Shown here: positions 8,077 to 16,008 of the stretch, in pieces
How positions within the stretch are numbered: position 1 is the first letter of the stretch
How the letters are laid out: each line of letters starts with the position of its first letter
Origin: Fidelibacterota bacterium
Lineage (GTDB): Bacteria > Fidelibacterota > Fidelibacteria > Fidelibacterales > Fidelibacteraceae
Length of the DNA stretch: 64,000 nt
Assembly (NCBI GenBank): GCA_028716785.1
Contig: JAQUPD010000004.1
Location: 31,465 to 95,464 of the forward strand
Reading direction: 5' to 3'
Translations under genes and position numbers: made by a program
Notes under the pieces: generated by a model
Told to the model about the DNA's origin: nothing
Databases searched by the model: none
Seen by the model: the letters and a program-made list of their open reading frames with translations, nothing else

Positions 8077-9468
8077 TTATTGATATTTAATGGGTTTCAA
8101 AAAACCAATCAGTCGCCACACAATTAGAAGAATAAGCTGATATACTATGATAGCACCAAGCGCAATCCAGTAACCTGTAAGGGAATTGTTAAAGAAAACT
8201 ATTGGCAGATTCAAAATAATTAGAAGAGGCAAGCCTAGAAAAAGGGCAATGCCACCGCCGTACGCAAGATCTTCTGCAGCGGGTGTTTCAAATTCAGGAT
8301 CTGTAATGCGTATTAAAACGAGTCCCGAATTGATCGTCCCTGTCATCTCGCCAAAAATTCCAATAAATCGTTCAAAATGAAAATTATCAAAGGCACGACG
8401 GGATGTCCATCGAATAACAAAATATGTCACTATTCCCCCGAGGCAAGACATGATGGTAATGGTTATCCAATATTGTCTAATGACTTTAAGGCTAATAGCA
8501 GCCACAGAACCAGCAACAAGAAAATCTACACAGACCCCTGACACACGATTCATAAGGCCTTTATCAATAACATAACTTTTTTTTGTCAAATCCAAGATTC
8601 TTCTCACCCCAACAGAAATGAGGAGTGCAATAATGAAATGGAACGACCATAATGTGTCAGAAAAATCCCCTAAGCCGACTTTTTCTAATACATATGTTAT
8701 GCCATAAATCAAAAGATATGTGAGAAGATAGATAGAGCCTATAAGTCCTATTTGAAAGGCCATAGGCTCAATGGCTTCGGGGGAAAGGGTAAGAAAGCCG
8801 GCAATATCCGGGGGGTTTTCCTTAACAATTCCTGTTCGAATATCTTGATTTAAACTTTCTTTCCCTTTAATAAGGGCTGTTTCCCCTCGACGGATTCCAC
8901 GATTTACCAAAAGTATTCCAACAACATAGGCAATGAGGAAACCAATCGCTGCAAAAGTAAGACCAATCAATCCGCCATTGACTAATCCTGCTTTTTCCCA
9001 ACTGTGTCCCATAGTATAAGCAATACCAGGCCCCATGCCAAACCCAAGGGGGAGTAAAAAGCCTATTCCCGCAAAAAAATTCGGATTAAAAAAATAAATC
9101 ACAACAAAGCCTACAAGAAGTCCAACAATAGCTTGATTAATATAACAACTTAACTCAATAAAAGCTTTACTCACTGGCCCTTTCCCAAAGGATGTTTTAG
9201 ATTGCCGCAATCCCAAAACAATAAAAGTTATTGCTAGCAAATGATAGACATACATGCCAAGACGGTCACTATTTAAAGGAATAATTTTCAAGACCTGACT
9301 CCCAAGAATAAGGCCAATAAATCCGCCAATGATATTATTGGGAATCAAAAAGTGCTGAAAAAACGGAATATAGCGACGAAGAATTGTCCCTGCGACGAGA
9401 AAAACACTTAAAAACGTGAAATCGAGTACAACGTCTTTTAAATTGAGTGTCAAATCCCACGGTGTCAT
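8077..9468 (-). CDS. Sodium/glutamate symporter-like permease (GltS/ESS-family-like)
   Basis: The ORF spans 8077-9519. I prefer the ATG at 9468, which is preceded by GGGAGGG. About 10-12 hydrophobic helices. The N-terminal ...FLIPNNIIGGFIGLILG resembles the GltS N-terminus (..YTIPEPVAGG..). The family call is from memory. Confidence 0.55.
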   Translation of the reverse strand: MTPWDLTLNLKDVVLDFTFLSVFLVAGTILRRYIPFFQHFLIPNNIIGGFIGLILGSQVLKIIPLNSDRLGMYVYHLLAITFIVLGLRQSKTSFGKGPVSKAFIELSCYINQAIVGLLVGFVVIYFFNPNFFAGIGFLLPLGFGMGPGIAYTMGHSWEKAGLVNGGLIGLTFAAIGFLIAYVVGILLVNRGIRRGETALIKGKESLNQDIRTGIVKENPPDIAGFLTLSPEAIEPMAFQIGLIGSIYLLTYLLIYGITYVLEKVGLGDFSDTLWSFHFIIALLISVGVRRILDLTKKSYVIDKGLMNRVSGVCVDFLVAGSVAAISLKVIRQYWITITIMSCLGGIVTYFVIRWTSRRAFDNFHFERFIGIFGEMTGTINSGLVLIRITDPEFETPAAEDLAYGGGIALFLGLPLLIILNLPIVFFNNSLTGYWIALGAIIVYQLILLIVWRLIGFLKPIKYQ

Positions 9469-9590
9469 GATACCCTCCCATGTTTGCACGATAATGATTC
9501 TTAATTTAAGAGAGATCAATTAAAGAAAGAATGAGAGATTAATTGACCTCTTAAAAAATTGTGGATATTTTGCAAGACATTGAAGTGACA

Positions 9591-9966
9591 TTATGCGTTT
9601 TGAAGGTGTTTTTCACTAAAAGAAGATTGACATTCATCTTCTAAAAAGTGCTGAAAAAGGTGGATATAGGTGGCAATATGCCGGTCATTCATGAGGGCAT
9701 GAAGAATGTGAAGAGGCATGGGCATTTTTTGCTTTTACCCATTCTAAAAATCGTGTCATATCAACCGGGATTGTAACAACGTAAAATGGATTATCATATT
9801 GATTGAGAACAAAGGGTGCTTATGGCGATGGCATCTTTTAATGTATACCTTTCATGATAAGAAATTCCCTGAACTTTAGGAATTTTTGTCCTTACTTCCA
9901 GGATCGGTAGAGAGTAGATCTGAGAAAATATTAATCTCTAAGGAAGTGTCAGTGTCAAAACTCATG
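9591..9966 (-). pseudogene. Decayed ORF of unknown family (about 125 codons spread over four frames)
   Basis: Minus-strand pieces in order: MSFDTDTSLEINIFSDLLSTDPGSKDKNS*, then RTKIPKVQGISYHERYTLKDAIAISTLCSQSI*, then APFVLNQYDNPFYVVTIPVDMTRFLEWVKAKN.., then MPMPLHILHALMNDRHIATYIHLFQHFLEDECQSSFSEKHLQNA*. Each piece picks up close to where the previous one stops. One junction lies in an A-run (GCAAAAAATGCC). Confidence 0.3.
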
Positions 9967-10171
9967 ACATTGATATATTTATGAATTCTTTTACTGTTTT
10001 TGGTATAGCACCTTATTGAGGAGGAGACAAAGAGGAGAAAAATGGTGAAAAGTAAGCAGGAGGATTCAGATAAAAAAATATTCGTATTGTCTTTCTAGGA
10101 GGAAAAGAAAGTTCCTGTACTATGTGGGTGAGATCATTATGCATATATTGATTAGAAAGTATTGTTTTATT

Positions 10172-10413
10172 CGTGACGGGGGCGTGCCTCATTGACACGC
10201 AGAATGCGGCCAGAGAGTTCTTTCCCATTAAGGGTTTCTCTGGCTTTTTGTACTTCTGTATCATTGCTCATTTCAACAAAACCAAATCTCTTTGATCGAC
10301 CGGATACACAATCAGTAATGATATGGACCTATACCACACTACCATACCTCTCTAACATTTTTTAAGGTCTTCTTTTGATGTTTCCCAGGGCAGGTTCCAA
10401 CATAGATATTCAT
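10172..10413 (-). pseudogene. Pseudogene: tandem paralog of the RRM RNA-binding protein gene at 10742-11014
   Basis: It starts with the same ATGAATATCTATGTTGGAA as the intact copy, then lacks 1 nt. In shifted frames it reads NLPWETSKEDLKK.., MLERYGSVV*VHIITDCVSGRSKRFGFVEMSNDTEVQKARETLNGKELSGRILRVNEARPRH. There are at least two frameshifts and one in-frame TAG relative to the intact paralog. Confidence 0.75.
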
Positions 10414-10677
10414 ACAAATCCTCTGCTTGCCTGTCATGTTCAAAAAACAGATACTCATGCCATAAAAGCCAACCTGAGAATCAGAGTCCCCTGGACGATT
10501 GTCAACAAATACCAAGCTGCTTCAGATGATAATAAATCCTTGAAACGTTGAAAAATAATAACATTTAACTAAAACCCATGCTTTTTTAGAATATATCTTT
10601 TATCCTTTAAAAAATGAAAAAATTATATCGTTATTTAAAATAATTAGGAAGGATAAGTAAATAAAACCCATTTAGGG

Positions 10678-10713
10678 CGAAAAAAGAAAACCCTCTCTGA
10701 TGAAGAGAGGGTT
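10678..10713 (-). terminator. Rho-independent terminator downstream of the RRM protein gene
   Basis: Stem AACCCTCTC / GAGAGGGTT (10689-10713) with a 7-nt loop. On the minus strand it is followed by TTCTTTTTT. Confidence 0.7.
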
Positions 10714-10741
10714 AAATTTGATCAGCTTTTATAGCTTAAGA

Positions 10742-11014
10742 TCAGTAGCGTTTACGTTGAGAATTGTTTTCACTAGCAGGGCGAGCTTCATTGACCCGCA
10801 GGGCACGTCCATCAATTTCTTTACCATTAAGCGCTTTAATGGCTGCTTGAGCCATCGTATTATCACTCATTTCAACAAATCCGAAGCCCTTTGACCTTCC
10901 GGAATTCCGATCTGTAATAATACGAACAGCATCAACGGACCCATATTCTGAAAAGAGTTTTTTCAGACTTTCTTCCGTTGTTGCCCATGGCAGGTTTCCA
11001 ACATAGATATTCAT
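10742..11014 (-). CDS. RRM-type RNA-binding protein (single RNA recognition motif)
   Basis: 90 aa with RNP2 IYVGNL and RNP1 KGFGFVEM. The layout matches small bacterial Rbp proteins. Confidence 0.9.
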   Translation of the reverse strand: MNIYVGNLPWATTEESLKKLFSEYGSVDAVRIITDRNSGRSKGFGFVEMSDNTMAQAAIKALNGKEIDGRALRVNEARPASENNSQRKRY

Positions 11015-11137
11015 ACTTTTCCTTATTATCTGTTGTGTTTATTCCTTCAGCCTCACTAGCCACAACAGCCAACTCTTGAGAACTGCGTCTTGCAGACGAT
11101 GATAATGTCTCCTGGCTTTAGAGCCAATTCATTCCTC

Positions 11138-11166
11138 GATTTATCATCATATTATGATGATAAATC
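11138..11166 (-). promoter_or_regulatory. Perfect 29-bp palindrome in the leader/promoter region of the RRM protein gene
   Basis: GATTTATCATCATATTATGATGATAAATC has 14-bp arms and a 1-nt centre. It lies about 125 nt upstream of the ATG at 11014. Confidence 0.5.
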
Positions 11167-11402
11167 TTAGAAAACGTGCAAATGTACAACAATTTTTTGA
11201 GTTTACAAGTAATTTTTATAAACACTTCATTTATCAAAAATGATGAAATGGGAATCCTCTTTTATTCTCTTAAAAGGTTATTTAATTTACTTTCACGAAA
11301 AAAATTATGTATATAGCAAAAAGCGTGATGGAAACGAGTGGTTCATAAAATAAAGATAATGAATAAATCATGATTTATCGAAAATGAGTAAAGGAGATAT
11401 TT

Positions 11403-12329
11403 ATGGAAAATTTTATACAAGTTATTAACAGTATTAATTGGGTTGTATGGGGTAAGGAAGCAATAAAAATTATTCTAATTCTTGTTGTTTCATGGATTAT
11501 GGTAAAAATAATCAAACGCTCGCTGAAAAGTCTTGAAAAACGCATGGTACAACGGCGTGTTTTAGAAGGAGAAATTGCTACAGATTCTAGTCGTAGAGTC
11601 AAAACTCTTATGAATTTGATTCGTCAAGGGGTGATTGGAATCATTTGGACAGTAGTTCTTCTTATTGTTTTGAAGCAAATAGGGATTGAAATTGGACCTA
11701 TACTGGCAGGTGCTGGAATTGTTGGTTTAGCAGTTGGTTTTGGTGCTCAAAGTCTTGTGAAGGATGTCCTTTCGGGATTTTTTATTATCCTTGAAGATCA
11801 AATTCGTGTTGGTGATGTGGCCATTATCAATGGAACAAGCGGTACAGTTGAAAAAATGAATTTTCGCATTACCGTGTTAAGAGATTTACAAGGGATTGTC
11901 CATGTTTTCCCTAATGGAAGCATTAATTCTCTTAGCAACATGACCCATCAATGGTCTGCCTATGTATTTAATGTTGGTGTTGCCTATAAAGAAAACACCG
12001 ATAAAGTTGTTCGCGTGATTCAGGATGTTTTAGATGCATTAAAAAACGATAAAGTCTATGGGAAAAATATCCTGGAAACAGAGATTTTTGGTGTTGATGG
12101 ACTTAATGATTCTTCTGTCATGATAAAAGGACGATTAAAAACAATTCCACTTCAGCAATGGTCAGTTGGAAGAGAATTTCTTCGGCGGATTAAGCTTGAA
12201 TTTGATGCTCGTGGTATTGAAATTCCCTTTCCTCATCGTACACTTTATTATGGTGATAACAGCAAACCCTTTGAGTTGCAAATTCTGGAAAAATTTTCAC
12301 AAAAAGCAAAAGGTGTTGATGAAGAGTGA
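11403..12329 (+). CDS. Mechanosensitive ion channel, MscS family
   Basis: 308 aa with N-terminal TM helices followed by the MscS beta-domain pattern ...IRVGDVAIINGTSGTVEKMNFRITVLRDLQGIVHVFPNGSI. Confidence 0.85.
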   Translation: MENFIQVINSINWVVWGKEAIKIILILVVSWIMVKIIKRSLKSLEKRMVQRRVLEGEIATDSSRRVKTLMNLIRQGVIGIIWTVVLLIVLKQIGIEIGPILAGAGIVGLAVGFGAQSLVKDVLSGFFIILEDQIRVGDVAIINGTSGTVEKMNFRITVLRDLQGIVHVFPNGSINSLSNMTHQWSAYVFNVGVAYKENTDKVVRVIQDVLDALKNDKVYGKNILETEIFGVDGLNDSSVMIKGRLKTIPLQQWSVGREFLRRIKLEFDARGIEIPFPHRTLYYGDNSKPFELQILEKFSQKAKGVDEE

Positions 12330-12363
12330 TTAAACATTTGTTCTTTAACAACCTTGTTTTATT

Positions 12364-12963
12364 TCAAGCTTTTTGCAGCAAAATCTGATAGAGAGTTTTT
12401 GTTTTTTCTCTCAGGGATTCCAGGGATCCGTCATTGAAGATAATATAGTCTGCATGACGGATTTTTTCTTCATCCGGCATTTGCAATGATATTCTGTTTT
12501 TTATTTGGTGTTGGCTTAGCGTTCCTCTTTTTAAAGCGCGCTCCATACGAAGTGAAAGCGACGCAGTTACGACAATAACAGCATCAAATTCATTTTGAAA
12601 GCCCGCTTCGAAAAGCATGCTTGCTTCAACTAGCAAAATTTTTGTTTTTTCCTTTAAATTTTTTTCTTTTAACCTATAAATATAGTGGCGTACCGCAGGA
12701 TGAACAATTTCATTAAGTTTTTTTTGATTGCTTGGGGAATTAAAGGCACGTTCTGCCAGGAGCTCTTTTCTAAGTTCTCCATTTAGGGTATAAATATCCT
12801 TGCCAAAAGTACGTTGAATTTTTTGTTTTATAGCATCATCCTGAAGAAGAATCTCTTTAGCAATCGCATCGGCGTCGTAGGTAACACTTCCCCATTCTTT
12901 AAAAAAGGAAGCAACCGTTGACTTCCCTGAGCCAAGACTTCCTGTAAGTCCAAGAAAAATCAT
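12364..12963 (-). CDS. coaE: Dephospho-CoA kinase
   Basis: 199 aa with N-terminal GLTGSLGSGKST P-loop and CoaE-like length and layout. Confidence 0.85.
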   Translation of the reverse strand: MIFLGLTGSLGSGKSTVASFFKEWGSVTYDADAIAKEILLQDDAIKQKIQRTFGKDIYTLNGELRKELLAERAFNSPSNQKKLNEIVHPAVRHYIYRLKEKNLKEKTKILLVEASMLFEAGFQNEFDAVIVVTASLSLRMERALKRGTLSQHQIKNRISLQMPDEEKIRHADYIIFNDGSLESLREKTKTLYQILLQKA

Positions 12964-12970
12964 GAAATAC

Positions 12971-13621
12971 TCATATGTTTTCTAATACTTCTTGAATACG
13001 CTTTGTGACTGTTTCAATATCTCCTAGCCCCGAGACACGATGGAGAATCCCCATTTTTTCATAGTAGTCAATCAAAGGATAGGTGTTTTTTCGATAGACG
13101 TCAAGGCGCTTTATAATTGTCTCTGGCTTGTCATCCTCGCGTTGGTAGAGATTCTTGCTACCACAGATGGGACAGGTAGCAATTTCAGCGGATTTTTTAT
13201 CGAGGGGGAATGTTGCATTGCATGTTCTGCATGTCCATCGGTTTGTTAGTCGATACAATAGCTCATCTTCAGGGACATCTATAAAAATTACCGCATCCAG
13301 GGGTGCATTATTTTTTAACAGCATGGCATCCAGCGCCTCAGCTTGATGCAGGGTTCTTGGAAAACCATCCAAAATATACCCTGTTCCTTCTTTTTCAAAG
13401 GAAGTAATTTTTTTTTCAAGGATATCAATCATAATATCATCTGGAACAAGTATTCCTTGATTCATGAATGTTTCAGCCTTTTTTCCCAAAGGTGTTGCTT
13501 TTTTAATCTCATTTCTTAAGAGATCACCCGTTGAAAGCTTTATAAGTGAATAAATGTCTTTTAAAATGTCTGCTTGTGTCCCCTTTCCAGATCCTGGTGC
13601 TCCTAAAAAAACAAGTCGCAT
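12971..13621 (-). CDS. adk: Adenylate kinase (long form with Cys4 zinc lid)
   Basis: 216 aa with GAPGSGKGTQA P-loop. The lid carries CRTC...CPIC. Confidence 0.9.
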   Translation of the reverse strand: MRLVFLGAPGSGKGTQADILKDIYSLIKLSTGDLLRNEIKKATPLGKKAETFMNQGILVPDDIMIDILEKKITSFEKEGTGYILDGFPRTLHQAEALDAMLLKNNAPLDAVIFIDVPEDELLYRLTNRWTCRTCNATFPLDKKSAEIATCPICGSKNLYQREDDKPETIIKRLDVYRKNTYPLIDYYEKMGILHRVSGLGDIETVTKRIQEVLENI

Positions 13622-13742
13622 CGCTTATCTCCTTCCTTTTTCATATTTTATAATTTTATCATTTAATTAAAGGGATTGCAAGATAAGACAGCACGAGTGT
13701 CTTAGAGTTTAGAAATCATGTTAAAAGGAACATTTTTTGCTA

Positions 13743-13776
13743 AAATTAAAAACGGCAAAGAGTTCTTTGCCGTTTT
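13743..13776 (-). terminator. Rho-independent terminator downstream of 13803-14108
   Basis: Stem AAAACGGCAAAG / CTTTGCCGTTTT with a 4-nt loop (13749-13776). On the minus strand it is followed by a T-rich run. Confidence 0.65.
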
Positions 13777-13802
13777 AGTGTCGATATGTACCAACAAATA
13801 AA

Positions 13803-14108
13803 CTATTCTGTTTTGGTTTCCTCGGCTTCTTTTTTCCCAAAAACAAGCATTAAAGAAAGGATCAAAATAACAAGACCAACGATAATAAAATTAGTAGGAG
13901 TAATGAGTGATTTAATTAAACCACTAATAAAAACCCAAATTCCTAAAACACCATTCACGGTAGCTTGCCATTTTTTAGAAACCATAAAACCAAAAATAGC
14001 CACCAAAATTCCGACAATTATCATGTTCCAACTTGTTTGGAGTGAGGGTACAAATCCACTAATTGCAAGCCATAACCCAAGGATCAAATTAATCCAACCT
14101 TGCCACAT
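13803..14108 (-). CDS. Small integral membrane protein (SPW-repeat-like?)
   Basis: 101 aa with four hydrophobic helices and repeated W..(I/V).G.W(L/V).ISG motifs. I prefer it to the overlapping + ORF 13786-14157, which has no membrane or domain features. A terminator lies downstream on the minus strand. Confidence 0.6.
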   Translation of the reverse strand: MWQGWINLILGLWLAISGFVPSLQTSWNMIIVGILVAIFGFMVSKKWQATVNGVLGIWVFISGLIKSLITPTNFIIVGLVILILSLMLVFGKKEAEETKTE

Positions 14109-14317
14109 TCAACACCTCCTTTATTTATTGTGTGATAAAGTCTTTCATAAACCATAACATAAACATACAATTGAAATACTACCCTTACGCTCAATGCATG
14201 TGTATTTATATGAGTATTCATGGTTATAGACCTTATAGATAAGATAGTGCCTGTATTTTATATTTTCAAGAAATTTTTATATCTTTTTACATGTATTTAA
14301 TGTTTTTTCATTTTCCA

Positions 14318-14833
14318 TTATTTGTTCATTGTTTCTAAGGCTTTTAATGTTGCTTCATAATTTGGTTCATCTGTTATTTCGGGAACCAATTGGGTATAAA
14401 CGACATCACCGTTTGTGTCAATAATAACAATTGATCGGGCAAATAATCCTGCCATTGGCCCATCGACAATTCGAACACCATAGCGAACGCCAAAATCATT
14501 GTTTCGCAATTCACTAAGAGAAATTACATGAGTGATGCCTTCTGTTGTACAAAACCGCTTGTGGGCAAATGGGAGATCTCGTGAGATGCAAAGGACACGT
14601 GTGTTATTCATTTTACTAGCCATTTCATTAAAACGCCTCACCGAAGTTGCACATACATCCGTGTCAAGACTTGGGAAAATATTCATTAAGAGAATTTTTC
14701 CCTTATAATTTTTGAGAGAGACATCGGTCAAATCCACTTGGGTAAGTAAAAAATCGGGGGCTTTTTCGTGAATAGCAGGAAGATCACCCAGCGTGTGGAT
14801 TGGATTTCCCTCTAAGTTAATTTGTGCCATCAT
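14318..14833 (-). CDS. tpx: Thiol peroxidase (atypical 2-Cys peroxiredoxin)
   Basis: 171 aa, closely collinear with E. coli Tpx as remembered (NIFPSLDTDVCATSVRRFN, LCISRDLPFAHKRFC, EITDEPNYEA). Confidence 0.9.
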   Translation of the reverse strand: MMAQINLEGNPIHTLGDLPAIHEKAPDFLLTQVDLTDVSLKNYKGKILLMNIFPSLDTDVCATSVRRFNEMASKMNNTRVLCISRDLPFAHKRFCTTEGITHVISLSELRNNDFGVRYGVRIVDGPMAGLFARSIVIIDTNGDVVYTQLVPEITDEPNYEATLKALETMNK

Positions 14834-15000
14834 CCTCTCCTTTATTTTTCTTTGGTATTTAGAGGAAATCTTTACAAGAAAGTTTCATCGAAAAAGCAGG
14901 AAAACGTAAACACATATGAAGATCTAAAAGTACCTTAGAAAAACTAGCATTACAATCTATTGGATAAAAGAGATGAAAAATATTTTATGATGACTGATTT

Positions 15001-16008
15001 TTAAAGAGCTTTTTTCGCAAGTTTTTTGTTAGAACTAAAAAAGTCTGAGAAAAAAGGAAATCCTGGAGCATATACAAGGTGTTTGATGTGTTCCATTTGT
15101 TGCATTGCCTTATTATAACCTTCCTGGATGATTTCTTCCCCCTTATCAAAATCGAAGAATTTAAGATATCCAAGATCAGGCATTATAAGAATATCAGGAG
15201 GATATAGAGATAAATTAAGCCGAGCAATTTGCCGCTCAATAATATCGATAGAAGTGTGATAAACTTCACGAAAACCGGGAATACCATCTTTTTCTTTTTT
15301 TTCATTGTTGTTACTACTTTTTAACAATGATTGGAAAAAAGATTCAAGGGGAGTAAATCTATCGAAAAATTTTTTGTAAATAGCTGTATTTAACGTATTA
15401 TCGCGGACTTCCTCAGCTTTCGTTTTCTTCATATTTTTCTTTTTTGTCCCAACCAGACACCGATTTAAATCAACTGCAATAACAATGTCTGCCCCCATTT
15501 CTCTTACCACATTAACAGGTACGGGATTCAAAATACCGCCGTCCACGCAGATGATATTGTTGATTTTTACAGGACGTATAATACCAGGGACAGCAATGCT
15601 GGCATGAATTGCTTCTCGGAGGGGCCCTTTAGAAAAAATGATTTCTTCGCCAGTTTTTAAATTTGCTGCTACAACACAAAGTGGCGTTTTCAATTCTTCA
15701 AAAATTTTAACTCCCATAACCTCTTCTGCAAGATCCATCACTTTTTTGCCCTCTAAAAGACCTGAAAAACTTACAGAAGGATCTAAAAAAGAAATCACTT
15801 TTTTCCAATCCATGTCTAAAACAATTTTTAGAAAATTTTCAAAGTGTCCCGAAGCAAAAATTGCACCGACATAAGCTCCAATACTTGTTCCTGCCACATA
15901 ATCAATAGGGATATTATTTTCTTGGAGGGCTTTGATAATTCCAAGATGAGACCATCCTCGGGAAGCACCACTTCCTAGGGCTAATCCCACTTTTTTCCGT
16001 CGTTTCAT
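15001..16008 (-). CDS. Patatin-like phospholipase
   Basis: 335 aa with GSGASRG oxyanion motif, GTSIG nucleophile elbow and a DGG motif (VDGGILNP). It overlaps the upstream peptidase gene by 4 nt. Confidence 0.85.
   Translation of the reverse strand: MKRRKKVGLALGSGASRGWSHLGIIKALQENNIPIDYVAGTSIGAYVGAIFASGHFENFLKIVLDMDWKKVISFLDPSVSFSGLLEGKKVMDLAEEVMGVKIFEELKTPLCVVAANLKTGEEIIFSKGPLREAIHASIAVPGIIRPVKINNIICVDGGILNPVPVNVVREMGADIVIAVDLNRCLVGTKKKNMKKTKAEEVRDNTLNTAIYKKFFDRFTPLESFFQSLLKSSNNNEKKEKDGIPGFREVYHTSIDIIERQIARLNLSLYPPDILIMPDLGYLKFFDFDKGEEIIQEGYNKAMQQMEHIKHLVYAPGFPFFSDFFSSNKKLAKKAL

Noticed and set aside
10013-10264. 83-aa minus-strand ORF
   Set aside because: It is a chance frame running across the 3' part of the rbp pseudogene and its downstream pyrimidine-rich spacer. 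It is out of frame with the RRM-homologous reading.
13786-14157. 123-aa + strand ORF overlapping 13803-14108 (-)
   Set aside because: The minus-strand product has four clean TM helices with a repeated motif and a downstream terminator on its own strand. The + product has neither.
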